32,000 nt of DNA, from the NCBI RefSeq assembly GCF_900187275.1, contig NZ_LT906458.1:1530001-1562000 (forward strand), written 5' to 3'. The notes beneath the pieces are model-generated. The model was not told where the DNA came from. It saw only the letters and a list, made by a program, of their open reading frames with translations, and did not search any database. How positions within the stretch are numbered: the first letter of the stretch is position 1; each line of letters opens with the position of its first letter. A program made the position numbers and the translations under genes. This document shows, in pieces, positions 1-11,142 of this stretch. The stretch is from Pasteurella multocida. GTDB taxonomy: Bacteria > Pseudomonadota > Gammaproteobacteria > Enterobacterales > Pasteurellaceae.

Positions 1-828
1 TTCATTGACGGCTTTTTCTGTTGCTGCTGCAGTTTCAGAGAATTCTAACCCTACGCGCACATCAACGGGTACAGGAATATCTGTGCTTGCCGCTAAGTTT
101 TTCGCCACTGGAATTAAATCTTCTTCATATAAGGATTTACCGACGTTATGACCTGCTGCAGCAATGAAGGTATTGGCGATACCCCCGCCCACAATAATTT
201 GGTCCGCAATTTTAGATAAGGAATTTAACACTTCTAATTTGGTTGAGACTTTCGACCCCCCTACAATCGCCACCATTGGACGCGCAGGTTCTTTTAAGGC
301 TTTACCTAAAGCATCTAATTCAGCCGCTAATAATGGACCCGCACAAGCCACTGGCGCATATTCAGCCACACCGTAAGTCGAGGCTTGCGCACGGTGTGCA
401 GTACCAAAGGCATCCATCACAAAGACATCGCAAAGTGCGGCATATTTTTTGCCTAATTCAGGATCGTTTTTCTTCTCACCTTTGTTAATGCGCACGTTTT
501 CTAATACCACGATTTCGCCTTGGTTAACGTCCACACCGTCTAAATAATCGCGTACTAAACGAACAGGCACATCTAAATTTGCATTTAAGTAATCAACTAC
601 AGGTTTCAGTGAGTTTGCTTCATCAAATTCGCCTTCTGTTGGGCGACCTAAGTGTGAAGTCACCATCACTTTTGCGCCTTTTTCAAGCGCAAGTTTCAAG
701 GTAGGGATGGTCGCACGGATACGTGCATCAGAAGTCACTTTGCCATCTTTGACTGGCACATTTAAATCAGCACGAATAAACACACGTTTGCCGCTCAAAT
801 CCAAGTCTGTCATTTTGATTACTGACAT
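1..828 (-). CDS. pgk: phosphoglycerate kinase, first 276 codons (3' end lies beyond window start)
   Basis: Reverse complement of 781-828 reads ATG TCA GTA ATC AAA ATG ACA GAC TTG GAT TTG AGC GGC AAA CGT GTG = [16 protein letters not shown], continuing [20 protein letters not shown]. The frame is still open at position 1 (..[20 protein letters not shown]). It is colinear with E. coli Pgk. It is absent from the ORF track only because it runs off the window. Confidence 0.93.
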   Translation of the reverse strand, partial: MSVIKMTDLDLSGKRVFIRADLNVPVKDGKVTSDARIRATIPTLKLALEKGAKVMVTSHLGRPTEGEFDEANSLKPVVDYLNANLDVPVRLVRDYLDGVDVNQGEIVVLENVRINKGEKKNDPELGKKYAALCDVFVMDAFGTAHRAQASTYGVAEYAPVACAGPLLAAELDALGKALKEPARPMVAIVGGSKVSTKLEVLNSLSKIADQIIVGGGIANTFIAAAGHNVGKSLYEEDLIPVAKNLAASTDIPVPVDVRVGLEFSETAAATEKAVNE

Positions 829-875
829 ATTTTATCCTCTTACTGGTTAAATTAAAAAATGAGAAAACTAAACGC

Positions 876-881
876 ATTATA
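876..881 (-). promoter_or_regulatory. candidate sigma70 -10 hexamer for pgk
   Basis: The minus strand reads GGGGTATAATGCG, a perfect TATAAT 48 nt upstream of the pgk ATG. No good -35 was found. Confidence 0.4.
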
Positions 882-944
882 CCCCTTTCTAACTAGGCTG
901 TACTGCGTTAGATCAAATAATTTTTATTATTTAATAAATAAAAA

Positions 945-1640
945 TTAATATCCTGTACGACTTCTTGGACAATCGATCACCTGCCATTTTAAGTCATAAC
1001 AAATAAAGAGTTCATTACGACTTGCCCCTAAATATGCCTCTTTTAGGTGCTTATTATTTTTACGCAACCACTGGAAAAGTTCATTCCGACTTAATTCATA
1101 ATTTGGTAATTTTAAGGTGCGATACAGTTCACGTTGTTTGTCAAAATACGCTTTTGCATCATCAAAAGCACAAGCACCGTGTTTTTCCCACTCACCTTGT
1201 AATAAACTGGCACTTGGCGATTCTGGTAAATATTGCTCAATGATCTCTTGCGGTACCATTGGTAAATCCCCTCGGCAAAAACGCGGTTGATCTGAGACGC
1301 GACGCGCACGCTCATTTTGAGGCCATAAACCATGAATCACCCAGCCAAATTGCTGAGTTAAACCACATTGATATTGCAATGAATTAGGTAAGTCATCACC
1401 ATAACGATTACGCTGCTTCTCACAAAATGCCGGCGACCAAGATAATACAAACGTATAATAATCCGTCGGCGCATTGGCGTTTTGACCGATCGGATCATTT
1501 TTCATAATATAGTCGTAATTACGATCCACGATAATTTCAACAGCTTGTTTTTGCTTAGAAAAGAAATACCAGCCTGACAACAAAAACATTAGAAAACAAA
1601 CCACAAAGATAGACAGCTGAAGTGTTTTTTTCTCGTTCAT
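945..1640 (-). CDS. RNase T2-family ribonuclease (RNase I-like), exported or membrane-anchored
   Basis: 231-aa ORF with RNase T2 catalytic motifs CAS I (WVIHGLWPQ) and CAS II (EWEKHGAC) and conserved cysteines. The N-terminal hydrophobic segment LSIFVVCFLMFLLSGWYFF has no obvious AxA cleavage site. Confidence 0.85.
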   Translation of the reverse strand: MNEKKTLQLSIFVVCFLMFLLSGWYFFSKQKQAVEIIVDRNYDYIMKNDPIGQNANAPTDYYTFVLSWSPAFCEKQRNRYGDDLPNSLQYQCGLTQQFGWVIHGLWPQNERARRVSDQPRFCRGDLPMVPQEIIEQYLPESPSASLLQGEWEKHGACAFDDAKAYFDKQRELYRTLKLPNYELSRNELFQWLRKNNKHLKEAYLGASRNELFICYDLKWQVIDCPRSRTGY

Positions 1641-1678
1641 AAAATTCCTATTTCACTTTTGGAGCGGATTGATTATAA

Positions 1679-1978
<300 letters not shown>

Positions 1979-2015
1979 CCTGTATCGAGTGTAACAATTC
2001 TTAGCCGCCTTGAAA

Positions 2016-2059
2016 ATGCCTGAAAACGAGCCTCAATCGCAGGCATACGTTTTTCTTTT
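2016..2059 (+). terminator. candidate intrinsic terminator of yfhL
   Basis: Stem ATGCCTG (2016-2022) pairs with CAGGCAT (2040-2046), followed by ACGTTTTTCTTTT. The 17-nt loop is rather large. Confidence 0.5.
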
Positions 2060-2102
2060 CCTGCCTCAGGTTACATCCCACACCTTTTTCCCTGCACATG
2101 AT

Positions 2103-2126
2103 GAAAAATCGGGCAAATGCCCGATT
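2103..2126 (-). terminator. intrinsic terminator of the yfiF-like gene
   Basis: Stem AATCGGGC (2107-2114), loop AAAT, stem GCCCGATT (2119-2126). On the minus strand the hairpin is followed by TTTTT. It lies 10 nt after the stop at 2136. Confidence 0.7.
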
Positions 2127-2135
2127 CTGTTAACC

Positions 2136-3214
2136 TCAACGATAGTCCCACTGTGCTAATAAAATGCCCGTTGCCACCGCAATATTTAATTCTGCTTTTA
2201 ATGGATTACCAAGAGACAACACCACCTGTTCATCTTCGGCTTGTGCAAGAGAAGCATCGCCTTGTTCATTTAGAACAAACACCACTTTCTCAGTAAAGTG
2301 TAATTTCGATAGCGGCTTAGCTTGTTTATTCGCCGTCACATGAATAAGTTGATAACCTGCTTGACGCAATTGCGCTAATGCCTTTGGCACATCGGTTGTT
2401 TCCAACACCCGAACATATTCCATTCCCCCTTCTACCACACGCATTGCCGCAGGCGCGTTTAAATTATCCGCTAACGCTTGTTCAATCACCACACCTTTCA
2501 CACCAAACACCGCACAAGTACGCACAACACCGCCTAAATTATGTGGATTTTGCACGCCATCTATCAACACAAGACAATCTTGTTTACGTGGAATGTCCAA
2601 GTATCCGGCTAAAGTAAAAGGACGGGCTTTTTTCACTAACATACAAATGCCGCCATGATGCGCGGTACCGCTCACTAAAGCGAGTTCCGCACTGTCCACC
2701 ACATGATAGGCTTTTTTCTGCTCTGCTAAATAACTGAAAAGTTCACCGCTCTTTTTCGCCATCTCTACCGTTGCCCAAATACGCACAATGCTTTCCGGAC
2801 GTTGTGCAAACAATGCCTGACAAGCATTCTCGCCATAGACTTCATTTCTTCTGCACGGTTTTTCTTAATTTTTTCGGGTGCGCGTGGCGAAAGTGCCCCA
2901 GTTTTTTTCTCACGAGGTTTATCGCTGGCACCCGTACTTTTCACCACAACTTTCACTTTGCCTTCTTCGCCAGATGCTGTACGCATGGAGGTTTCAGAAA
3001 TATGCTGTTCGACTTGCTGTGGACGACGCACAGGTTTACTTCTCGCCGAAAATTTATTGCCCGTCAACTTTTCGCGAGTCTTCGCCTCGCCACGTCCGTC
3101 AAATTTTTCTTTAAAGTGCGGTGCAGTTTTGACAGATTTTTCGCCAACGCTGCGTTCATGAAATTGCTTATTACTGGTTTGTTGAAAGACAGGCGCTTTC
3201 GCTTTACTATTCAT
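2136..3214 (-). pseudogene. yfiF: YfiF-like SpoU/TrmH-family RNA 2'-O-methyltransferase with basic N-terminal extension, interrupted by an apparent -1 frameshift at ~2844-2845
   Basis: Two overlapping minus-strand ORFs in different frames: 2765..3214 (Lys/Arg-rich N-terminus ending ..PEKIKKNRAEE) and 2136..2813 (SpoU methylase core). The downstream frame already encodes [21 protein letters not shown] upstream of its first ATG. Joining RAEE to EVYGENAC requires one extra nucleotide. Confidence 0.75.
3114..3122 (+). repeat. Hin-type uptake signal sequence core
   Basis: Exact AAGTGCGGT. Confidence 0.8.
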
Positions 3215-3379
3215 TTCGATATGCCTATTTGATGAGTTGAGGAGGCAAAGCTGGGCAAAAAATCACCTAGCGTTGCAAGAAAGTGTGAGCATTATAACGA
3301 AAAAACCGCATTTTTCTACCAAGTCGCGAGGTAAATATTGTAAACTACAGAGCTAATCAAACTATAGAGAATGATTTTT

Positions 3380-4756
3380 ATGCTGATAAACAAAACCAAA
3401 CGAGCAAAACAAAATATCAATCGTTTATTCTGTTTACCCTTACAAGCTGAACACGTTGAATTTATTTATAGCGCTGCCGCATTCAAACAGCAAATCCTTC
3501 AGCTCATTAAACAAGCAAAATCACGCATTTATGTGACCGCACTTTATTGGCAACATGACGAAGCGGGTCAAGAAATTTTAGATGAAATCTACCGTGCCAA
3601 ACAAAACAACCCGTCATTAGAAATCAAGATTTTAATTGACTGGCACCGTGCACAACGCAATTTACTGGGTGCGGAAAAAAGTATGACTAATGCTGACTGG
3701 TATTGTGAACAACGTGCAAAATATCAAGCAGAGCAAGATTCACCTCTCTTTTTTGGGGTGCCAGTGAACACTCGAGAAGTCTTTGGTGTGTTACATATTA
3801 AAGGCTTTGTGTTTGATGATACGGTCTTATACAGTGGTGCAAGTATTAACAATGTTTACTTAAATCAATTTAATAAATACCGTTACGATCGCTACCATAA
3901 AATCACTCATCCTGAATTAGCCAACAGCATGGTGAACTTTATCAACGACTATTTGTTGGATCCGTTAGCTGTTCACCCATTAGATCAGAACACTCGTCCA
4001 ACAACCAAAGAAATACGCCCCGCGATTAAAGAATTTCGTAAAACACTCGCTTTTGATGCCCGTTATACGTTAAAAGGCGCGCGTTTCTTGGAGGAAACAC
4101 CTGAACAACTCAGTATTTCTGCGCTCTTTGGCTTGAGTAAATACAGTAACCAATTAAACCAAGTGATCGAGGATCTCTTCCAAATTGTGGAAGAGGAATT
4201 AGTGATTTGTACTCCTTATTTTAATTTTCCGCGTACACTACAACAAAAAATCCGCCGCTTGCTGAATAAAGGGAAAAAAGTGGAAATTATTGTCGGTGAC
4301 AAAACTGCAAATGACTTCTATATCCCGCCTTCAGAACCCTTTAAAATGGCGGGTGCCTTGCCTTATCTATACGAAAGCAATTTACGCCGTTTTAGCAAAA
4401 AGTTTGAATATGAGATTAACCAAGGTTTGTTAGTGATTCGGACTTGGAAAGATGGGGATAATTCATACCACTTGAAAGGGGTTTGGGTCGATAACAATTA
4501 TGTGCTCCTCACTGGCAATAATCTAAATCCTCGAGCATGGCGCTTGGATGCGGAGAATGGTTTATTTATCTACGATCCAAAACAAGAGCTACGCGCACAA
4601 TTTGAACAAGAACTGGATTACATTCGCCAACATACACAAGTGTTGCGCCATTATTCTGAACTTGACGAAATGAAACAGTATCCGGCCCCCGTACAAAAGT
4701 TATTGAAAAAATTTGCCCGTGTAAAAGCGGATAAGCTCGTGAAGATGATCTTATAA
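3380..4756 (+). CDS. pssA: CDP-diacylglycerol--serine O-phosphatidyltransferase (phosphatidylserine synthase)
   Basis: Two PLD-type HKD motifs (HIKGFVFDD...; HLKGVWVDNNYVLLTGNNLNPRAW). Colinear with E. coli PssA from MLxKxKR. The second in-frame ATG (3380) was chosen over 3371. Confidence 0.92.
   Translation: MLINKTKRAKQNINRLFCLPLQAEHVEFIYSAAAFKQQILQLIKQAKSRIYVTALYWQHDEAGQEILDEIYRAKQNNPSLEIKILIDWHRAQRNLLGAEKSMTNADWYCEQRAKYQAEQDSPLFFGVPVNTREVFGVLHIKGFVFDDTVLYSGASINNVYLNQFNKYRYDRYHKITHPELANSMVNFINDYLLDPLAVHPLDQNTRPTTKEIRPAIKEFRKTLAFDARYTLKGARFLEETPEQLSISALFGLSKYSNQLNQVIEDLFQIVEEELVICTPYFNFPRTLQQKIRRLLNKGKKVEIIVGDKTANDFYIPPSEPFKMAGALPYLYESNLRRFSKKFEYEINQGLLVIRTWKDGDNSYHLKGVWVDNNYVLLTGNNLNPRAWRLDAENGLFIYDPKQELRAQFEQELDYIRQHTQVLRHYSELDEMKQYPAPVQKLLKKFARVKADKLVKMIL
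3536..3544 (-). repeat. Hin-type uptake signal sequence core
   Basis: Exact ACCGCACTT on the plus strand. Confidence 0.8.
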
Positions 4757-4802
4757 TAGTCAATCACTCTGTCGTGGTGATATTTTCTCATTCAAAAAAA
4801 CA

Positions 4803-4836
4803 TAAAAAAAAGACCGCACTTTCGCGGTCTTTTTTA
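4803..4836. terminator. bidirectional intrinsic terminator shared by convergent pssA and lutC
   Basis: AAAAAAAA-GACCGC-ACTTTC-GCGGTC-TTTTTT. The stem is 4811-4817 with 4824-4830, flanked by an A-run and a T-run. The left arm contains a USS core (ACCGCACTT). Confidence 0.85.
4813..4821 (-). repeat. Hin-type uptake signal sequence core (inside terminator stem)
   Basis: Exact ACCGCACTT. It forms the left arm of the pssA/lutC terminator. Confidence 0.8.
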
Positions 4837-4850
4837 AACGACACAGTCAG

Positions 4851-5573
4851 TTAAGAAACCGAAACGTTTTTTGTATCATCAATAATTAAATAGGCTTTCG
4901 CCACCGGTCCATGTACACCAACCACTTTGATTAATTCAATATCCGCTGTTGAACTGGGTCCCGCAATTAAGTTAATGCAAGATGGCATACGCTCACCTTG
5001 CTTCGCTTTTTGATGAAGAATTTCAGAAAGCTGTGCCACACGTGGCAAAATCGTACTTTTGTTTAATACAACAATCGACACTTTTGGTAATAAGCTCACT
5101 GAACGTCCACGCTGTGCATCAGAAAATAACACAATTCCACCGGATTCGGTTAAACCGTATTCTGCAAACACAATTCCAATATTCGCAGTATTCGCAAAAG
5201 TGCGGTTAATTTCTGCTGCATTTTCTGACCAAATATGAGTTTCATATTTCGCTTGTACTGCCGGCGTAATCCCCGCTTCGACTAAACGAGAATCATCATT
5301 TAAAATCACTGGACCGCCACCATATTTTTCACACATTGCCAACAAATCAGCAGTAGCTTGTTCTGGTGTGGTCACTTGGCAATTGACTAACATGGTTTGC
5401 GACGCAAATTCCACGAACGCATCACAACGCTGGTCAAGACTTAACTCGGTTAAACGAGTCACTGGATAATCATTTAGCGGATGATATTCAGTGACGACTT
5501 GCGTACGAGGCTCACGTCCTAATTGTTTGGCAAGGTGATCTAAAAACTGTTGTCTATTATTTTGATCTAACAT
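4851..5573 (-). CDS. lutC: lactate utilization protein C (LutC/YkgG, LUD domain)
   Basis: 240-aa ORF immediately downstream of lutB. Operon position and size match YkgG/LutC. Confidence 0.8.
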   Translation of the reverse strand: MLDQNNRQQFLDHLAKQLGREPRTQVVTEYHPLNDYPVTRLTELSLDQRCDAFVEFASQTMLVNCQVTTPEQATADLLAMCEKYGGGPVILNDDSRLVEAGITPAVQAKYETHIWSENAAEINRTFANTANIGIVFAEYGLTESGGIVLFSDAQRGRSVSLLPKVSIVVLNKSTILPRVAQLSEILHQKAKQGERMPSCINLIAGPSSTADIELIKVVGVHGPVAKAYLIIDDTKNVSVS

Positions 5574-5590
5574 CGAAATTCCTCACTTAA

Positions 5591-6997
5591 TTAACGGTTT
5601 TTAAACCAAGAACGGAAGCTTTCGCCTTCAGCGTCTGGTAAATCACGGGCTTTTGTCCATTCAGCAATCGCACCGACTTGGATCGGCATTTTGCCATCAC
5701 GAATCGCCAATTTCGCCACTTTCGCCCCTACATTCATACCAATTTTCCACAGACTTGGGTGACTATTTGCTAACGTGAACGCTTTGACAGAAAGCCGTTC
5801 TGCTAATGGATTCATACCTGATTCGGCAATATGACGGCGGTGTTTTAATAACAAATTGGCGAGTGGAATTTTCACAGGACAAACTTGGTTACACGCCGTA
5901 CATAAGGAACATGCTGAAGGTAAGTCTTTAAACTCCTCATAACCCCCTAAAATAGGTGAAATCACTGAACCGATTGGACCCGGATAAATCGAACCATAAC
6001 CATGACCACCAATTTGACGATAGGCTGGACAAGTATTTAAACAAGCGCCACAACGAATACAACGTAAAACCTCACGAAACTCTGAACCGAGCATTTTTGA
6101 ACGACCGTTATCGACGATCACTAAGTGGAACTCTTCAGGTCCATCAGTTTCCCCAGCTAGACGTGGTCCGGTTAACCAAGTGTTATAGCCTGTTAAACGT
6201 GCCCCTACCGCACTGCGTGCAAGCAAAGTAATTAGCACATCCACTTCTTTAAAGGTTGGCGCTAAACGCTCCATACCCATCACTGCAATATGTGTTTTTG
6301 GCAAGGATGTGGCTAAACGTAAGTTCCCTTCATTAGTGACTAAACATACGCTGCCCGTTTCTGCCACCGCAAAGTTACAACCGCTTACGCCGATATCCGC
6401 TTCTAAGAAATCATTACGGATCGTTTCACGAATAAATAGGGTCATTTCTTCTGGTGTATCGGAACCGGTATAACCTAATTTTTCAGCCAGTACTTTACGG
6501 ATTTGATGACGGTCTTTATGAATGGCAGGTACCACAATATGTGAAGGCTTATCTTCTGCTACTTGTAAAATATATTCACCTAAGTCAGTTTCAACGACTT
6601 TGATCCCCTCAGCTTCTAACACATAATTCATGCCAATTTCTTCCGTCACCATGGATTTCGATTTGACAATTTTCTTGGCATTTTTCTGCTTGGCGACGTC
6701 TTTAATGTAATTTGTGGCTTCTTCTGCTGTTGCCGCAAAATACACATGACCACCATTTTGGGTCACTTTCTCTGAAAGCTGATACAAATAAGCATCTAAA
6801 TTTTCAATGACATGGTTACGAATCTCTTTGGCATGCTCTCGCCATTCTTCCCAATGCCCTAATTCCTCCACCATTTTCTGGCGGTTTGCACCGATACGCT
6901 CTTGTGCCATCACCACAGCTTTACGCATAATGTCATTTTGAATTTCTTCATTGATGCGTGGTTTAAATTTAAGGTGGCTCGTTTTAATAGACATCAT
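5591..6997 (-). CDS. lutB: lactate utilization iron-sulfur protein LutB/YkgF
   Basis: 468-aa ORF colinear with E. coli YkgF (MSIKTS.., GANRQKMVEELGHWEEWR). Ferredoxin motifs CIRCGACLNTCP and CSLCTACNQVCP. The start may be the second Met (6994). Confidence 0.9.
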   Translation of the reverse strand: MMSIKTSHLKFKPRINEEIQNDIMRKAVVMAQERIGANRQKMVEELGHWEEWREHAKEIRNHVIENLDAYLYQLSEKVTQNGGHVYFAATAEEATNYIKDVAKQKNAKKIVKSKSMVTEEIGMNYVLEAEGIKVVETDLGEYILQVAEDKPSHIVVPAIHKDRHQIRKVLAEKLGYTGSDTPEEMTLFIRETIRNDFLEADIGVSGCNFAVAETGSVCLVTNEGNLRLATSLPKTHIAVMGMERLAPTFKEVDVLITLLARSAVGARLTGYNTWLTGPRLAGETDGPEEFHLVIVDNGRSKMLGSEFREVLRCIRCGACLNTCPAYRQIGGHGYGSIYPGPIGSVISPILGGYEEFKDLPSACSLCTACNQVCPVKIPLANLLLKHRRHIAESGMNPLAERLSVKAFTLANSHPSLWKIGMNVGAKVAKLAIRDGKMPIQVGAIAEWTKARDLPDAEGESFRSWFKNR

Positions 6998-7005
6998 TCT
7001 CCCCC

Positions 7006-7725
7006 TTAGCGACTCATTAACACTTCAGCAATATGCATCACTTTGACATGATGCCCTTCACGTTTGAGACGTCCGCCAATATTAAGTAAACAACTGACAT
7101 CTGCACCGATTAAATACAACGGCTTCACCGCCATAATATGCTGTACTTTTTCTTTCACCATTTCGCCTGAAATTTCCGCCATTTTGACGGAGAATGTGCC
7201 ACCAAAACCACAACAAGTTTCTTGATTATGGATCGGCAATAAATTTAATCCTTCCACCTGCTGTAATAATTTCACTGGCTCTTCTTTCACGCCAAGTTTA
7301 CGGAATAAGCTACAAGAAGGGTGATATACCGCGTTACCCGCGAGTTTCGCCCCCACATTGACAACCTTTAACTGATTCACAATAAAATCGGTTAAATCGT
7401 AAAAACGATCCGCCACTTTTTGAGCGCGCGCAGCCCATTCGGGTTCCTCTTTCAAGTATTCTGCATAAGTTTTAATGGCATACACGCAAGAACCAGCAGG
7501 GGCAACGATGGGATAATCATTGACTTCAAAAGTTTCAATCAATTTTTTCATGCCGGGGATAGCAGATAAAACATAACCGCTGTTAAGCGCAGGTTGCCCA
7601 CAACAACCTTGTTGTTCAAGAAAGGTAATTTTACATCCGAGTTGTTCTAAAAGGAGAACAGACTGTTTAGCGACATTGGATTTTAAGGCATCACCAATGC
7701 ACGTCACATAAAAATTGACATTCAT
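7006..7725 (-). CDS. lutA: lactate utilization protein LutA/YkgE (CCG-domain Fe-S oxidoreductase)
   Basis: Colinear with E. coli YkgE from MNVNFYVTCIGD to HIAEVLMSR. Start set at ATG 7725, with a GGAG 8 nt upstream. The ORF-track start 7767 adds a non-conserved extension. Confidence 0.9.
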   Translation of the reverse strand: MNVNFYVTCIGDALKSNVAKQSVLLLEQLGCKITFLEQQGCCGQPALNSGYVLSAIPGMKKLIETFEVNDYPIVAPAGSCVYAIKTYAEYLKEEPEWAARAQKVADRFYDLTDFIVNQLKVVNVGAKLAGNAVYHPSCSLFRKLGVKEEPVKLLQQVEGLNLLPIHNQETCCGFGGTFSVKMAEISGEMVKEKVQHIMAVKPLYLIGADVSCLLNIGGRLKREGHHVKVMHIAEVLMSR

Positions 7726-7802
7726 TTTCATCACTCCAATAAATGCGGATATAGCTAACTCGGGCAAGTTAGCTATATTTAAAAAAAGACATCAAAAATA
7801 AA

Positions 7803-9389
7803 TTAGTAAATAACAACTGCAACCAACGCTGCGATAACACCATAGAGGAACATTGGAACCACCGTCCGTTTTAAAATCGAACCTTCTTGGTTACTGACAT
7901 TTAATACAGTACATACGGCAATAATGTTATTCAAACACACCATGTTACCCATTGCACCGCCCACAGATTGTAGTGCAAGGATTAATGGTACAGACATGCC
8001 TGTGGTTTCAGCGATAGAGAGTTGGATCCCACCAAAAGTTAAATTTGAAACAGTATTAGATCCTGAGAAAAATGCACCGATAGCACCAAGATAAGAGGAG
8101 AAATACACCCATTTATCTCCAGTAACATCAGCGAAGGTTTTACCAATAGTAATCACCATAGAATCATAATTCTCATTGCCAACTAACATTAATTTTACCA
8201 TAACTAAGGCGCCTAATAACGCAAAGAATGGTTTTTTCGTTTGTTGATAGGTGCTCACCGCAATGGTTTTGGCTTTTGTCCCATTGAGTTTAAACACAAA
8301 AATCGAAATGATCACCGTGACAATAAATGGAATCAGTGAAGGCACATATAAAGTTTTATAGCTTTCGTTAATACCTTGACCCAAGATATTGTTTAAAGAC
8401 AAGATTAACGCTTGACTCACTTTGAATTCACCGAAGGCACCTAAAGATACAGAGAACCAGGTGGTCGCATCATTTAATAATTGCTTAATCCCTAATTGGT
8501 GAATACGTGTCACAATTAAGATCGCAATCAACATCATGGTTGGGAATAAGGCTTTAACCAGTACACCAAATTCCACTTTTTCGAGCTGTATTTCTGCCTG
8601 CGCTGTTTTACTCACCCCAATCCCTTTATTCGCCACGAGAATTGAGATAAATAAACCGATGGCTCCCCCCACTAAAGCAGGGAACTCATAGTTCACTTGC
8701 GCTAATAAGAAATAAGGAATAGTACAAGCTAAAATGCTGATATAAATGAAAACAAGATTCTGTTTGATTTGTTGCCAGCTGACTAAGAAACGTAACGCTA
8801 AGACGGGAATCACAAAGGCTGCAATGAAGTGAATAAATGCCGTTTTCTGCCCCACTTCAAGTACTACGTCTTCGCTTAATCCTAATGGTCCGAAACCAAA
8901 CCAAGTTGGTGTACCAACCGCACCGAAAGAAACCGGTACAGAGTTCATCACTAACGCTAGCATTGCCACTTGTAGCGGTTTAAAACCTAAACCCATCAAG
9001 ATTGGCGCGGCAATCGCTGCTGGCGTTCCAAAGCCACTCGCGCCTTCAATCATAAAGGCAAATGCCCAACCAATGATCATAATTTGCGCCACAGGATTCG
9101 GATTGATATTGGCTAACCATTTACGTAATACATCGGTGCTGCCTGATACTTCCATCATGCGGTTAAATAAAATTGCACCAAAAATAATTGTAATCGGTGT
9201 TTGTGTCGCAATTAATCCCGCAATAACATTAGCATTTAAACGGGTTAAATCTGTCCCAAAATAAAATGCTTGTAAGAGATAAGTTAAAACAGCAATCAAA
9301 GGAAGTGCGATATAAGACGGTAAGCTATTACGTTTTACCATTAAATAAATCAATAAGACAATAGGAAGAATACTTAAAAAGAAAACCAT
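7803..9389 (-). CDS. lctP: L-lactate permease (LctP family)
   Basis: 528-aa polytopic membrane ORF with LctP-family N-terminal region (..GWAFAFMIEGASGFGTPAAIAAPIL..). It is the first gene of the lctP-lutABC cluster. Confidence 0.88.
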   Translation of the reverse strand: MVFFLSILPIVLLIYLMVKRNSLPSYIALPLIAVLTYLLQAFYFGTDLTRLNANVIAGLIATQTPITIIFGAILFNRMMEVSGSTDVLRKWLANINPNPVAQIMIIGWAFAFMIEGASGFGTPAAIAAPILMGLGFKPLQVAMLALVMNSVPVSFGAVGTPTWFGFGPLGLSEDVVLEVGQKTAFIHFIAAFVIPVLALRFLVSWQQIKQNLVFIYISILACTIPYFLLAQVNYEFPALVGGAIGLFISILVANKGIGVSKTAQAEIQLEKVEFGVLVKALFPTMMLIAILIVTRIHQLGIKQLLNDATTWFSVSLGAFGEFKVSQALILSLNNILGQGINESYKTLYVPSLIPFIVTVIISIFVFKLNGTKAKTIAVSTYQQTKKPFFALLGALVMVKLMLVGNENYDSMVITIGKTFADVTGDKWVYFSSYLGAIGAFFSGSNTVSNLTFGGIQLSIAETTGMSVPLILALQSVGGAMGNMVCLNNIIAVCTVLNVSNQEGSILKRTVVPMFLYGVIAALVAVVIY

Positions 9390-9573
9390 AAAAAACCCTA
9401 CATAAAAATTAAATTTGAGATAACATCAAAATATCAACGCCAAAGAATAACTATTTATGAGTATGTATTTTCATGAAAAATAAAACTACACAAATAATAT
9501 ACCACTTAAAATGTTAATAAGTTGTTATATTAAAGTAATTTTAAAAAAATGCTTTAAAAATCAGATTTTTTTC

Positions 9574-9589
9574 TGTGACAAAACTCACA
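9574..9589. promoter_or_regulatory. CRP (cAMP receptor protein) binding site upstream of lctP-lutABC
   Basis: TGTGA-CAAAAC-TCACA. Both half-sites are a perfect match to the CRP consensus TGTGA-N6-TCACA. Centred ~192 bp upstream of the lctP ATG in an AT-rich 358-bp intergenic region. Confidence 0.7.
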
Positions 9590-9690
9590 CATCTTATATT
9601 TTACGAACCGTTTGATTAATTTATATACGAATATAAGCCAATTTCTTATTTTTATATCAGAAATAATTTAATTTATTAGTTAAAATAAAT

Positions 9691-9718
9691 AAGGCTGTAT
9701 GACATATCACACAGCCTT
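9691..9718 (-). terminator. intrinsic terminator downstream of purB
   Basis: Stem AAGGCTGT (9691-9698) pairs with ACAGCCTT (9711-9718). T-rich tracts on both sides (ATTTTTT on plus, ATTTATTTT on minus). Confidence 0.6.
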
Positions 9719-9747
9719 ATTTTTTGACTCACTCTATTTATTTTATG

Positions 9748-11142
<1,395 letters not shown>

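Noticed and set aside
164-488. Plus-strand ORFs 164..376 and 243..488
   Set aside because: Both are antisense to a clearly conserved pgk reading frame. Their composition is Pro/Ala-rich shadow sequence.
2765-3232. The Lys-rich 149-aa ORF (2765..3214, minus) as an independent small basic protein, and the plus-strand ORFs 2771..3232, 2802..3161 and 2878..3114
   Set aside because: The minus ORF is the N-terminal extension of the yfiF-like methyltransferase, separated by a frameshift. The plus-strand ORFs are antisense shadows with low-complexity composition and no RBS or motif support.
9390-9747. The 358-bp AT-rich lctP upstream region as a possible sRNA or small-protein locus (for example ATGAGTATGTATTTTCATGAAAAATAA, 8 codons)
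   Set aside because: There is no promoter-terminator pair framing a plus-strand transcript. The only hairpin is adequately explained as the purB terminator, and the mini-ORF lacks an RBS.
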